DNA from: Schizochytrium sp. TIO01
Lineage: Eukaryota; Protista; Bigyra: Labyrinthulomycetes
Direction: 5' to 3'
Assembly (NCBI GenBank): GCA_004764695.1
Contig: SMSO01000031.1
Coordinates: 8,972,761-9,036,760 of the forward strand
DNA length: 64,000 nt
Of this stretch, positions 35,950-50,690 are shown piece by piece (position 1 is the stretch's first letter; every line of letters begins with the position of its first letter). The notes beneath the pieces were generated by a model. That model did not search any database and was not told the origin of the DNA. It saw nothing but the letters and a program-made list of their open reading frames with translations. A program made the position numbers and the translations under genes.

Positions 35950-38900
35950 CTTGTAGGTGTTAGTAGCTAGGCCCTGGAGGCTCGCTTGGTCGTGGTGGTT
36001 TTCTGAGTTTATCTTTTCAAACCACGCAGGCCTGCTTGATCTGTGGAGAGAACGAATAAAGGCATTTGTCGAACCAAAGGTTTTCTTCTTAAGAACTGTA
36101 GGCCTTGCCTTTCAAGACGGCTGCACCGACCAGCCAACCAGCGTCACTATGGGTGGTGCAGAACAATTCATGGCAATGAAAGAAAATTGTCAGTCGTTGT
36201 GGAGCGCCACATTTACCAACTTTATTCTTTGGTTCGAACAGTTCAACTTGAAATTGGCACAGTTTCCAAGTGTTCTCAAGAGTATGTATAAGAAAAATCA
36301 GGATGGACAGCAGCAGGCTGTTCACGCCTCAGCTCGTCCAAAGTTCTCCGGGTCTAGCTAGATATTCAACATACTCCTGACTATCGGGAATCGTGCCACC
36401 TAATCAGACTCGTCGATATCTGTATATATATAAATATATAAAAACCAGGCCAATTGTTATTGTTGATCGATCGACCGATCGATCGAGTGGGATAATATTC
36501 TTTTGTTTTCCCCGACTGATGTTCGAATTGATTGAGTGCTAAATCGACTGATTATTTATGTATTGCTAGCACCAATGTTGCTACCGCCTCAAGGACCGAT
36601 TTTAGGCTTTACTTAAAAGGAAAACAAAAACTTTGCTGTGTGCAACATTTTGGAACTACAAGACCTTGCAGAGAAGTTCGTTCTCCTATCGTGTTATTCA
36701 TTTACATATACATACGTACAAATATACATACCATGGTAAAGGCAGTTTCGGGTGCTAGGACTGACTGAATGCGATGATAGAAACCAGTTTATATCGACAA
36801 GTATTCTAACGGCGCCATAAACGATGCGGATGGAGGAGCTCATTTGGGCACTACTACTGCTGAGAGAACTTGAAGAGCAATCTGCTCCTGCTCTCTACTG
36901 CCTTTCTCCCAAAATTAGTTAGTTCCAGGCCGTTGGTATTTCTGCCTGAGCACTGAGAACCTCGCGTGCTTAGTTTGTTGTAATCGACTCAACTGGTTGC
37001 ATGGAGTGGAGAGATTGAGGTTGTTGCTCTTTCTGGCAAGCATTTGTTCAAGACAGAAATCACTTTAGTTTGGTCGTTTCTTTCTTTATTGGAGATGCGC
37101 TATAGCCTTGTATAGCTTCAGTAAAACTGAATACTCACTACTTTTATAGGATGGGTGTTAGTAAGCAAGATGGATGGTACACGGCGTCTCTTCGGCATTC
37201 TTCTTCTTCTTCAGTATTTTTCTTCTTCTTCTTCAGCATTGTTCTTCTTCTTATACAACAAGTTTAGAATTATATCCTCTCTTGCCTAGAGTCGCTTGAA
37301 AAGACCCTCCTCCGTCTCCGTTTTGAACCAGTGCAAGTCAAGAATGAAACTTGAAGTTTGGCTTTGGGTGTCTTCACTTTGAATTGAACCTGCATCATTT
37401 TTTAATTTTATTTTTTTAATTAAAACAAATCTGAGTCTAAACGAAGGATCATATTTAAAAATACAGATTCGAAAGGGAGACGAAGCGCCTGTGACCTATT
37501 TTGACTCTCTGTTTTTAGCCATTTCGAAGTCTCGTTTCCTTGCTCGTGCACTGGTTCTAAATAAAAGCAGATGATTGACTGTTTCGTCCCTGTTCCCTCG
37601 AGGCCTTCCTTTTATTGGCTCTTCTCAGCAGAAACAAACAAAGTCTGTTGTAGAGGCCTACTCGAATTGTTCACTTTCATTTCTAGTTTTTTTATTGTTT
37701 TTCGAAAGGGACTCTGACTCACACAATGAAAACCCGCTTGTCGGAAGAAACGTCACCCACCCTTTTTAGTTTTTGGAAGCACTTGTCCCCACAGCGGGTC
37801 AGGCCCGCATGGCCATCCCATCTTTGGCCGCACTCAACAAAACAGACAGATCTCTATTATGCCATAGTTCAAGGCTACTAACACCTCCGCCCACCTATTC
37901 AAAACAAAAACAATTAATCTTATTTTTATTTTTAAAGACCGGAAAATTAAACTAATGAGCCCTGTTTTGAAAGAGATAATAATTATTTAATTTATCTGCA
38001 ATCTTTTTATTTAAAAAAAAAAAAAGTAAAAAAAGTATTTAGTCATGTTGAAAGTTAAAATAGCAGAGGAATGATATTCCCTCTTCACGCTGGCGTTTAC
38101 TACATATAGAAACAAAGCACTGTTTTATTTTATTATAAAACAAAATTCTAAACAATAAAAAACCTCTACGAATATAAATAAACCTCATTGAAAATACAAG
38201 TAAAGAGCCTCAAGATGCATGAAAAAGATCACGTGAAGAACATCACAGAACCACCCATCGCAAAGAAAGAAACAGCCTATCCAGGAACTCCACACTAATA
38301 ATGGCAGTGTAGTACTGCATTCCTGCCAATTCCTGAGTTGCTAGACTTCTCTCCTTTCTCCTCATTCATCAAACGTTGACTCTTTTCTCTTTTTCTCTTT
38401 TTCTCTTTTCAGTTTTCTGTTCTCTGTTCGAAAGAAATGCTATGTGGCCATTACGCAGAGAAAGGTAAAATCTATCTACCTACCTCGAAGTCTCAAGACC
38501 ACATACAGGAGTAGGTAGGCAGGTAGATAGGTAGTCATGTATGTACCATTTTGCGCCTCATGAGCATCACTTAAAGACCTGAAAGCAAACTTTAAATCGA
38601 GTCCACTCAAACCGTTCTCCGTTTGGGGCGCAGCAATCGTTCATACGTCCATGCAAAGTTAGTAAAGGAATCTAATTATGAAAAGTCAAACTAGCTAGTT
38701 GGTTTTGTCTATGTATCGTGTATGCGACTCGTAGCATTGATAGCGCGTCTCGCGGAGCGTGGCACGCGCAGACCCGAGTATTTTATCTTGGAAAATAGCA
38801 GTGGCCTCGCAATTGCATGAATTAAGCTGCAGCTCCCGTCTGTAGGAATGATCATGGTGTTATTGGCCGGTTTGCCAACTCGCGACAGACACTGCGAACT

Positions 38901-38990
38901 TGAAGAAAAAGATGATCATCGAGCTTATTCGCCTAAAGGGCCACTGTTTGGCGAATGGATGAATGGATTCCAAAGTTTAAAGATGAAAAG
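35950..38990 (+). pseudogene. Decayed RNI-like LRR fragments (plus strand)
   Basis: LLDLWRERI, LRTVGLA and VTMGGAEQF..MKENCQSL (ORF 35957); CNRL...GVERL (~36980); LLAGL...HCELEE (ORF 38848). Confidence 0.35.
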
Positions 38991-39664
38991 TAGTGTTGGT
39001 ATATATATTAGATACGTATATATGCAGGCCTCTAATCTATTATTCACTTAAACAAGTTTTAACTAGTAATTAAAAATATACATGTGCCTGCTATAGTAAG
39101 AAAAGCTCGAGGTTAAAGAAAAATAGAGAAATGCTCATGGGCAAAATAAGCAAAGCGCAGGAGCCTTCGCCTACCTTTATTTATCAGCGCTTTAAAATAG
39201 AAAGAGAGAAAAGACTAAGGAGCAAAAACCGGAACGCAAGCCTTGTGAATATATCTGTGGGAGGTCCCTCGTTCGGCAGGCAACTCTGAAGGAAAAGGAA
39301 CATTAAAGGAACTGAGAAACATCGGAAAGGAGCCTATAGGCAGAGGAAAGGACTTTGGGGGAATGCGTGAAGCATGCGCAGTCCTTTCCTTCTCTCTTCT
39401 CTCAAACTTCCCCAACACCTAGCTTGCCAAAATTGAATCTATCAGTACTTGCTTTTCCTATTCTATGAACTTAATTATGCTGTCGCAATAGCGAACTTGC
39501 TGGCGGCAGCAATCATAATGAGGTGGACGGGTTCCCATCCGTCTTGAGGTGTCAACGACAGCTTCGTCGCCAACACAACTTGAAAGGCTGCAATATCTGT
39601 AGCTGACACTTTAATTTAGTTTTTAGTCTTTAAGTTTAAAGCGAAACATGCTCTTTTCAAAAGT

Positions 39665-39675
39665 TTCTTCTTCTT

Positions 39676-39706
<31 letters not shown>

Positions 39707-39724
39707 TTATTATTATTATTATTA
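39665..39724. repeat. Compound (TTC)n(TTA)n microsatellite
   Basis: TTC run switching to a TTA run. Confidence 0.95.
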
Positions 39725-42700
39725 AAATATTTTTTTATTATTAAAAAATAGATTAAAGTGATATCTTGTTATAATATTATTATGTAGGAATATATCATTT
39801 ATAATAATAGCAATATAATCCAAAGCAAATGAGTCAGACGACCACCAGTGTCCGTATCTACTACTTCAAACGCCATGCCAACATTTAAAAAGATGTGCCA
39901 ATGGACTGCCTCACTTTAATAACTCTAATATTTTATTTCAATGAAAGCGAGAAGCCATTTAAAAGAGTAAATAGTGAAAAATATTAAAGATAAACTAAAA
40001 ATGGTCGTCCTCCTAATTTTAATTTTTTTTATTATTTTTAAATAACAACTAAAATAAAAAACCCAATTGAATAAACCTCTAAAGATTTGAGTTAATAAGA
40101 CACCAGGTCAGAGGCCTCCACGCTGGTGCATTTATTTACCACTACTCCAAGCTGCCTCTCAATCTCCTAATGATGTGCCGTAGATCGCAACTGTCGCAGG
40201 GTCGCAATCTTATGTTTGCCCTGTTTCCAAGTTTCTAAGGACGATTGCCGCACACGTTGCAAGATTGGCAGAAATAGTTAAGCACTCGTATGGTCTTTGC
40301 GACACGATTTTAAACCACAGTGAGTTTGAACCTTGAAGAAAGAGGGGGCTTTTCTAATAAGGGAACCTTCGAGTCTACCTCCGACCACTACGACAGTGTG
40401 AACTTTTCTGTTTATTATTATTATTATTATTAAATATACATATTGAAGAAAACGGAAAGGGGCTTTTTCGTTACTTAATTTAAAATTTTAACTTTCAAAC
40501 AAATGAAATGAAGAAATACTGTTAATCAAAATGGCCTTCTTTTGAAAAGCGCTCGTTTCTCGCGAGTTCACCCTCCACTGTTGCGCATTCTGCCCCGAGA
40601 TCGTTCGTTCGTTCATGAAACTCGGTCTAGATCTCTCTTTTGCTGAGCGTATCCTGCCACCTCCCCTTTCAAAGGCAAGCGCAGTATGGCATACTTTCAA
40701 GGCGGTTCGCTGCAGCTTCACGCGCTTGCAGGCAGGTGCCATCAATCATTCGTTCTTTCATTCTTTCACTCATTCGTTCATCCAATCTGCGCACGTGCGG
40801 ACCAGACCACTCAGAGCAGCCAGAAGTACTGACTTTAACTAAATCTTCCCACTTGAGTGAAATCAAAACCTCTCGTCAAACTACTTACCACAAACGGAAC
40901 ACACCAACTTCAGAACAAAAGAAACCAACGCAAACTTGCTTTGGGCCCTCCAAAAGGTACCTCCCAACTAACTAGCTAACAAACAAACAAACAAACAAAC
41001 AAGCAAACAAACACACGAGACGGGGTCCGCGCACACACCCACCCATAGATACATAGATACGTACATGTATGCACGCGCACACCCACACGCGCTGGTTTCG
41101 AATTGGCTGCAGCCAATATCGCGGATTTCCACTCCACCGCAGATCGCTGAGGTTTGCTCGAGAGGAGACGATTGAGGGTCCCGGACAGCGGGCGAGCGAG
41201 TTGGTTGTTGCCACCATGACCACTGGTATCGCCATTCGCGTCGTCCGCGGACCCAACGGAAGATAGATAGCTTTGCTTGCATGCTTCCTCTTCTCCGTGG
41301 ACGGGCTCTCCATCAGCTCCGCTTGTCCTCCGCGAGGACTCAGAGCAGCGATCGCCGCTTTGGCTCGAGCCTCAGGCCGTGCTGCCGCCTGTCTGATGTT
41401 GACTGTCCTGAGTCCAGTGCCTCGCAGACACACAGAGAGAGAGCGCCGCCATGCAGGATGTTCAAACTGCCTTGCTTGCTTGCTCGCTTGCTTGCTTGCT
41501 TGCTCATCAACGAGAGCGCGGCGAGGGACGAGGAGGAGCCCTCAGGTCCTGGCAGGACCAAGCAGGCGGGTGCTTCGAGAGCGGCATCGTCGACGGGGAG
41601 AGAGACTAGCCAGGCGGTCAATCGGAGGCGCAAAGATTGGCAGACGGTTCAATCGAGGAGGCGAATTGAACTGGGCGGCGGCCAAACTCGAGGCGCCAAA
41701 GCTGAGTGAAACGGCATGAAATGGGTTTCAGAATGGGGTCATAACCTTGCGCAGCTCGCGCAGCTTGCGTAGTGCGCCTTCTGTCCCGATCGCGCGGGAA
41801 GCAGCCAATACGCGAGACGGTGGTTGGAGACACGCACGCTCAATTGCACGCAAACTTTACACGAGTCGAGGATACGACATTCAGGTCGGCGAAGAAGAAG
41901 AAGACGGGGAGACCCGGCGAGGACATGAGGCTGGGCTCTCTTCGTGTGTCTGAGCACCGAAGACGCTCCAGAGGAAGCGGTTCCTGGGCTCTTGGACGCG
42001 GGTGAACGTCACTTGGCATCAGCGACCTGCATCGAGGGTTGGCGCCACTTGCAGCAGCAGCAGCGGGAGCCGGCGATCGCTCCTTAGCCCAATTGGCACC
42101 TGCTCCAAAGTCGAAAGTTGGGCATCTTCGCAACCAAGGAGACGAGTGCGAGCGATGGCGATAGGTCCTGGTCTCCAAAGCCTCGGAGCGGAGCGGACCC
42201 AAGTCGCTCTTGAGAGATCAACGGACGAAGCACGGCGAGAGAAGACAAGACGCCCGGCAGACGCAAGCAAGGCCGTGGAAACCAGGCCAGACAAGCGGCA
42301 GAAGAAAGCAAAGCGCTGCTGGAGGACGGTGGATCTTCAGAAGCTGGAGGGCCTACGTACAACTTGTCCTTTCCACGACGAGGCTGCGCAATCAGCTGAA
42401 AGGTCCGTACACGCGCACTGGCTGACGACGCCCGTGTCTGCTGCTTGCTTCTGCTAGCTAGCCAGACTGGGGATTGTGCCACCCACCTAGATCTTGCGCA
42501 AACGCCGTCCTCCTCTCTCAGCAAGCGAAGGCCTCTCGATAGTTACGCCATCTCCGGAGATTAGGAGACCCTCTCGAATCTTGAGCATGCTTTGCTTGCT
42601 GCATCATTTGCACATGAGGTGATCGATCTTCAGGTATTCATCGATTTCCTGTAAACTAAACCGCAAACAAAACAAAGGAAAAGCAAGGCAAGGCGAGGCA

Positions 42701-43061
42701 GACTCTGTGAGTGAGTGAAAAGCTCTTGCTTGGGGTTTAGTCGTAAAAGCGAAGAGTAAGTCTCTCTCTCTTGATCGTGGCTTGAGCGTGCGCGGCTGGA
42801 GCCCTTTGCGGAGCCTGAGCGCCCATCGATCCTCCAGGGCAAACTCAAATTCCGAAACGAAGAAGCATCGTTCCATCGTTTCATGGTCAGCACTTTTTTA
42901 ATCCCTTCCACACTTAGAGTTCATCGTTCGAACCGTAAGTCAGATTCTATTCAGGAGCTCCTCACACTTGCCTACACAGAAGATCTATTCTGCTGGTGCC
43001 TTCTGTTCGGCTGGCTCTACCTCTGAATTGCGGCCCGTGCATTGAAGCGCGACGGATGCGT

Positions 43062-43097
<36 letters not shown>
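43062..43097. repeat. (AGC)12 microsatellite
   Basis: Perfect trinucleotide run. Confidence 0.95.
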
Positions 43098-43099
<2 letters not shown>

Positions 43100-46000
43100 A
43101 GAAAGAGGGTTTTGCGCAGCAAGTATTCTTATTCTTGAGTTTAGATTTAAGTGGTTCCTGGCTGTAGCTATAGATACTAAGTGCTGGGTCAAAATGAGAA
43201 ATATCTGTTGTTTCGTTCTCTGATATTCTATATAAGCTTCCATTCGGGACTGGCTCTTTGGTCAAGTTTTTATTTATTTATGTTTTTTAATGATTATTTT
43301 TAATGTTTTGTTTTGTTTTGTTAGGTTAAGTTAAGAAGGGGGTTTCTTTTAAATTAAAGTTATAAACCTTTATTGAAATGAAGTAAAAATAGTGTTTTTC
43401 ATAATTAAATATGTTATTTGGGTGACGCAGAAAATGTATTGGTTTGAAAGATCACGCAACTGAAAAGATTTAAATATTTTCTTATTTAAATGTCAAATCA
43501 ATCGAAAAGAATGAAGAAGAACTCACTTCACTCTAGATGATTTGATTTTATATTTTAAAATAACTATATTCATTGTCTTCTTTCAGTGATTTTCAAAAAA
43601 CAAAAATGAAACATATCTTATAGCGCCATTTTTTTTTAATTAAATAAAGTGAGTGGGATTTGAAAGTTTCTTCTTTTTTTTTTTGCAATAAACTGGAAAA
43701 CGAAAAAAGTTCTCATATGGAAATCATACTAGTTAGAGACAATTTTTCCAAACAAACACTTTCAACTAGAATTAGAGTACTTCTTCGAAACCGAGATGCT
43801 TGGTAGAATCATTTCCATTCAAGAATCTATTTGATCATTGTTTCGATTAGACGTCGTTCAAAATGCTGACGACTTGAATGTAAATTATTGGAGGAGCCGA
43901 TGAATTTGCAACATCCAATTTCATTGTTCGCCAGTTTTGTAAAAGCCGACAGTTTTGATTGCAAACAATAGGCAAATGAGTAAGCATTAAGGACAACTTC
44001 TGATAGTATAAATTTTATAAAATTCTTTCTTATTGATAGGCTGTAGTTTTCATTTCAGGAGATCAATCCCTATCAATTGAAATTGAAATGCATCAATATT
44101 GTAATCTCAACATTTCATTTAAATCATTTGCAAGAGGTTTTCGAGGTTTCTTGCGATCAAACACAAGGATTTGTTTATCGACTATACCTTCGCACAATCT
44201 CAATAATGGTCCGATTTTTTATTTGACCAATAGAATTCATCTGACTGACCCTGCAAATAACGTTCATCAATAAAACTAGTTAAAATACACTCGAAATGTA
44301 GTGTCCAAATCAATTTCCCCAAAAGTCCACCTAGAAGCTTGATTTAATGTAGACTTAGTCCTGCGCGGTAACACTCGTATATGAACATATTTGGCAAGAC
44401 TTCAAATACTCACAAATATGTGTATATATATCCTGCACTAAATTTCAGCAGAAACCTCAATAATTTGCACACATAGTCACTCGAAGTTGGGTCGACGATT
44501 GGCTTTTCCCGTGCTAGTCTGTTGCTAGGCGTTTGTCCATACTAATAGTAACGTAGGTATAACATTCTCTTCGGCTGGTATACTAATGGGCCCAATGATG
44601 TCTGACAGATCTGCGATGAACGACTCTCAATCCCCTGCAAAGAGTCCCCCGCAAAGAATCCCCTGCAAAGGTTGGTGAATTGGAGTGTCGAATTCGTTCA
44701 CTGAGACAGCCCCCCGGCCATCGCATTGTCCCGTGCGCGTGTCTGGATCCAGAATTAAATAAAGTGCCCCTGGTCAACATTCCAATACACGGTCGAAATG
44801 CCTTTCTAAATCCAAATGATCGTTTGTCCATTGCGCTTCTAACGCTGCGGCAGGAGACCTCGCCTTACGCAGGAGCACTCGTTAAGCTGCCTTCTTTGCT
44901 GGACACCCACGGTAGTAGCTAGCTTGGGGAGTGGGAATAGGTTCTCAGAGCTCAAGAGCGATCGATGGGTCAGGCCTCCATTCAGGAGAGATGGGTTTGG
45001 GCTATACTGGCTCGAGCTCAATTCCCAACGAGAGGGTTCGTTGGATTACAGTGCCGCGACTCATCCGTAAGGATGCTTCATTCTGCCATCAGCTCAGGGT
45101 CGGTCAGCCAGCTAAGGCGTCGATGTCTCAATCAATTTGGCAGTGGTCCAAGCTCTTGCTCTTGTCATCGCCAGCAAGCACATTGCACAGGTGCTGGAGT
45201 GCCACAGACATGTCAGCGAGCTGCACCGCATTGCATTGCAGGCGCTCGCCCGCGGCTCCGATGAGCTCCTCTAGCAGGTTTAAATGCAAGCATTTGCAAG
45301 GCCAAAGGCCAAAGGCCCTCCAGCACGAGGGCTGCTCGAAAGGACCGCTGGTGCGGCGGTGAAAGCAGTCGAATTGGATTGATTGGCTTGGATGAAGTTC
45401 TGTTCTCCGCGAGATCGACCCTCGAAGTTCCCGTGGTTCCTGGACGGTTCCGCGTTCTCACGAGAGGAGAGAAGAGGGCTAGAGAAGAGAAGTGACTGAG
45501 CAGAGGTCAATACCCTGAGTACACAGAGACTTTGAAAGCCAGGAACGGACGAAGGCAAAAGAGTGGCGACTCAGTGGTGAATGAAAGACGTCATTGCGGA
45601 GAAGCTGAAGAATCTTGGTAGACTCGCGCAGACGTAGAGAGAGTAGTAGAGAGAAAGGAGGAGAACATTTTGTATTTTAAGTTAAAAACAATTAAAATTA
45701 AAATAAATAAACGAATTAAACGAGACTGAGGTTGTTCACTCCTCAAATCGTGGTCGGTAGCGATCCTTGCATAACATAGCAAGTGGAGTCGATTTACACG
45801 ACTTCGAGAGGCACATCCCCGCGTGCGGTCCTACTTTCGGGGCTGAGAAGCTTACTCCGACCACTCAGAGTTAAACTGCGTTGACTTGAAATCGTGAGAC
45901 CCACGAGCTGAGGACGGCTCCGGGTCGGTTCGCCTTCGTTGTGTTGAAGGATAGTGAACCTTGCATTTTCAGTATATTTTTTGTTTCTGTCTCTTGAATA

Positions 46001-46757
46001 AATATAATAGCATGTTTAATTCATAATTATATAAACGATATCTTTAAAATCGAAAGCCTGCTACTTAGCGATTCTTCCTGCAGCTCGCAGATCAATTTGG
46101 GTGAAAAAGAAAACCGCCATGCACATTAGTTCTATATGCACATTTGGAGCGAAAGTAAAAAATAAGAAAGACAGAAAGAAAGAAAGAAAGAACCGTGCTC
46201 ACGCATCTATATAAGCTAAGAGAAAAAAATATATGTATAATCGACAAGGCTAAAAATTCGATATCACCGTAACCAACAAGCACCAATCTATAAACATTTG
46301 TTTGTTTATGTTTATCGAAACTCATGGATACTACCTACATTAGGGGAAAGAAAGAAAAAGCGCAGGGACAATCCAAAAAGAGAAAAAGAAAAGGGAAAAC
46401 TTTTTGCAATCTTTTTAATTAAAAATAGACTAAAATGAAAAGAAAATGAAGGAAGACCTGAACCTCTCTCTCTCTAGGTAGTAAGTACCTTCGCATTAAT
46501 CACAAACCACTTTGTACCCGTTTTGTACTTCGTAGAGTCGCAGGCAATGAGTTTGACGTTTTCAAGGCAGACAGTCCTCTTCAGATACAAGCCGAAAAAG
46601 AGTTCCAGGAAAGCCCCTCCGTTCCTGTATGCCTCATGAGCCAACTTCTCTCGATCTCGAAGTTCTCCTCTTCGTGATTCATCTGAAGCGGAAAATAAAC
46701 GTGGTTTACCCATTCTTGAATCGTTCAATCGCATCCAATCATACTCAATTCAATTAT

Positions 46758-47184
<427 letters not shown>

Positions 47185-47499
47185 GAAAACTAACGAATCA
47201 ACGAATGAGTGAGAATAAATGAATGCGAGCTTTTCTAAAGTAAATAATAAATACATAAATAGATTAATCAATTGATCAATTAATTAATACATTAATTAAA
47301 AAGACCACCATCGACGACAAACTTGTTCATCAAAGCTCGAAAGATCCAGCTGGGCCAGCTGGAACCCACACGCTGCGCCATGCGACGTGGCAGGACGAGG
47401 CAGTTCTTGCGAAGGCCTGAGAGGCGCGAGAGGTCGGCGCCGCCCGCCTCGAGCCCCGATGGCGCCATGAACGAACGAACAAACTGTCTGCAACCACCA

Positions 47500-47650
47500 A
47501 CAACAAATAAACAAATAAACAAACAAACAAACAAATAAACAAACAAATAAACAAACATACAAACATACAAACAAATAAACAAACAAACAAACATACAAAC
47601 AAATAAACAAATAAACAAATAAACAAACAAACAAATAAACAAATAAACAA
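47500..47650. repeat. Compound AAAC/AAAT/ATAC microsatellite
   Basis: Interleaved tetranucleotide units. Confidence 0.93.
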
Positions 47651-47899
47651 TCAATCGACTCAATACATGATGAATAAGCATGTCGGTCAATTGAGCTCAC
47701 GGCCTGAGATTGCAGAAGGCGGCCATGGACACCGACACGCTCAGGAGAGCAGGCACTTTGCCACGTGTTTCCAGCTTCGGCGATCGTGGCGTTATTTGGT
47801 CGTAGGTGTCTCTTCGAAGCTGGTTTCCCCAAAAAGCATACCGTCGCACTGCAATCAGCGTCAAAGATTCTTCTTCGTGTCCCGCGATGCCATCAAATG

Positions 47900-47933
<34 letters not shown>

Positions 47934-48044
47934 CATGTCTATGCGTCTACATGAATGTATTTATATGTGCCTTTGTATCTTTGTTCGCATGCGCAGAGAT
48001 AGGGCCCTGGTTACCTAAAACTCTACTGCGGCCCGAGATGTCGC

Positions 48045-48087
48045 GGAACTCAGGAACTCAGGAACTCAGGAACTCAGGAACTCAGGA
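48045..48087. repeat. (GGAACTCA)n octanucleotide tandem, ~5 units
   Basis: GGAACTCA repeated in tandem. Confidence 0.9.
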
Positions 48088-50369
48088 CTCACTCACTCCA
48101 CGGAGAGGCACGCCGACGAGCCCAGCTTCTTCCACGCCTCGACCTCGTGCTCCTCGCTGCTTGCCCGAGGAGGCTTTCCTTCCTGGCCTGGCAGACTGAC
48201 GGACAGACCTCGAAGAAGCAGAAGCAGAAGAAGCTTCTGCGAAGGCCCTGCACGAGCCAGCGCCTGAGGAGCCCAGCATCCTCCAACGTGCAAGTGTTCA
48301 AGTGTTTTCAAGGTGGAGGCGCGATGATTACTGCTGTCATTTCCGTCGTTGGTGTCATTGATTATCTTGTAAAAAAGAAACTTTTCCCAGTTTGCGTATT
48401 ATTTGGGATAATAATAATAATAAATAAAAAACAGTTAAAAACAACGACAACAATAACAACATCGACAACAATAATAATGTGTAACTTGAAAGAAAGCAGA
48501 GAGAGCACGGGGCGCGACTCAAAGAAGGTGCGAGAAAGGTGGCAGTATTCCTGGAGCAGTGTGGCAGGGAATGAATGAATGGGCACCACGAGGCAGAACC
48601 AGCTGGAGAGAGGAAGAAGCGCTCGCCTTCCGGAGTGGACGGAGTGCTCTGCGGCAATAGATAATACAACCGCGGCAGTTCATTGTGAATTAATGCATGC
48701 ATGCATGCATGAATGCATCCCACGATGATGCGTAAACCCTGAAAACCTCCTACACTATGATTTTTAAACCTGAAAGCGCTTTGGCTCAAAAGTGTATCTT
48801 CGAAATGTAGGAATGTCGGGTCGTTCCTATAAATAAGTGTAAACAGTGCTGGCTTTGCGTGTTGTTACTTTTAATTTCTAAAATAAATAAATAATTTAAA
48901 AAAAAAATAACAATAATAATAATGACAATAACGATGGCAATGCTGATCAACAGTGTAATGTAATGCTGTTCAAGTGCAGAAGAGGAAGCAGCAAACGATA
49001 GTTAGTCAGTCAGTCAGTCAGTCAGTCAGTCCTTCCGCCGCTTTGCACTTGCAATCCCTCTCTGTGCACCGGTGCGCTCGAGTTCACAAGTTTGGAGGAA
49101 ATTCAAGTTGGCTCGTGAAAAGGCGAGAAAGAAGTGAGCGAGCTTGGCTCCTTTGAGAGAGCGAGATAGCTTGAAAGCCTCTTGTGTGTGTCTCTACAGG
49201 AATGTATAAATAAATGTATAAATAAACATGTCAATATATCAACATATCAATATATCTGTAGAAATGTGTAAATAAATATATATATATCCTCTTTCAGATT
49301 TCATACTCTGATGTCTTCTCTGATGTCTGCGAATGTACTGTCATACTACTATCACGAACCTTCAACATGCAGATCCATGGACCGTGAGAACAGCTGAGGC
49401 AAAGGTGGGTCAAGTGACTTCCTCGAAATGGACTGAAGCTGCTGCCAAATCAGACGTATAATCGCGACCTGCACCGAATTGCAGCAGCGCACTTTAGACA
49501 CAGTGCTGACTTTTGTCTTTCTTCTATTAACGAAGGCGCACATTTCGCGATTATCACTCACAACCAATCGCAATTGTGATGATGTCTTGTGCGATGAGGG
49601 CTGAATGAATCAGCACAACCGGGGTTTGCTCTTGTGCACGAAGACCTAGCCCAGTTGGCTCAGGCAGAGGCCGCCGTTCAGAGCGCCTTAAGGATCTCGT
49701 CATCGTGCACAGCTTGCCGCGCCAGACCTCATGATGGAGGCAGCTTAAGTTCGAGTGATGCAATGACTCAACAACAACACGAACTCAATTTGCAATGCAA
49801 AGGTGTGCACCGCTGGCGTGCTGCCTGGGCTGGCCACCGAGAGCTAGGCGGGTGGGTAGCTAGGTCCTAGGCATTGCATGTTATCCATCCGTCCAACGTC
49901 GCGGTGGTGGTGGACCCCGCTGGAAGTCCAAGCTAGTTTGACCAATGGCCGATGGCGCCAGCGCCGAAGTTGAAACCTCTCCGTCTCTGCTGGCTCGGGA
50001 GCTCGAGTTGGTTGCGCATTCGATAAAGGCAGGCGCTGGTTTATTCACTCGACGACGATTGGTCAAGAAACGAACGAATTACAGCGCCTCTCTGGAAGAA
50101 CAGAGTAATTGAGAAGAGGAAATAAAAAATAGAAAAAACAAGAAAAAAGAAAAAAGAAAAAAGAAAAAAGATCAGACCCCGCAAGATTTGATTTGACAGG
50201 GAATATCATGGATAGTAAGTAAGAGCGCATAGGAGCTCTGACGATGCAGCCTAAGATCTCAACGCATTTCGCTTGGCCACTCAAACACGTGTCCTGTCCT
50301 TTCCAGACCTCTCCAAATGACGCAGCGATATACATACCTTTCTCAGTGGGACGTCCTTATTCGTTGACT

Positions 50370-50690
50370 AATTCACTCACTCACTCATTCACTCATTCAT
50401 TCATTCATTCATTCATTGTCATTGAATCATTCATTGTCATTGAATCATTCATTCACATTCACATTGATTCCTTGACATTCACATTGACATTGCATTGCAT
50501 TGCATTGAAATTGATTGATTGATTGATTGATTGATTCATTGATTCATTGATTCATTGACATTGGAATTGATTGATTGAATGATTGATTCATTGATTCATT
50601 GATTCATTGATTCATTGATTCATTGATTCATTGACATTGGAATTGATTGATTGAATGATTGATTCATTCATTCATTCATTTACTCACTCA
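50370..50690. repeat. Complex TCAT/CATTG/TTGA/CATTGATT satellite with internal higher-order duplication
   Basis: Mixed units; the block ATTGACATTGGAATTGATTGATTGAATGATTGATTCA occurs twice. Confidence 0.9.

Noticed and set aside
45050-45340. Plus-strand PRLIRKDASFCHQLR resembling F-box/LRR Cys-containing repeats
   Set aside because: Downstream spacing does not hold, and the minus strand (LCNVL..SLDHCQID..ALA) fits the local LRR block better.
47360-47390. GTHTLRH tyrosine-recombinase-like motif
   Set aside because: No other integrase motifs (upstream R, LGH, catalytic Y). It is antisense to QLAQLDLSS.
49614-49696. TPR-like HNRGLLL/EDLAQLAQAEAAVQSALRI on the plus strand
   Set aside because: It needs a frameshift and is a single repeat. 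The opposite strand gives LRR-like fragments consistent with the surrounding block, so it is probably an antisense coincidence.
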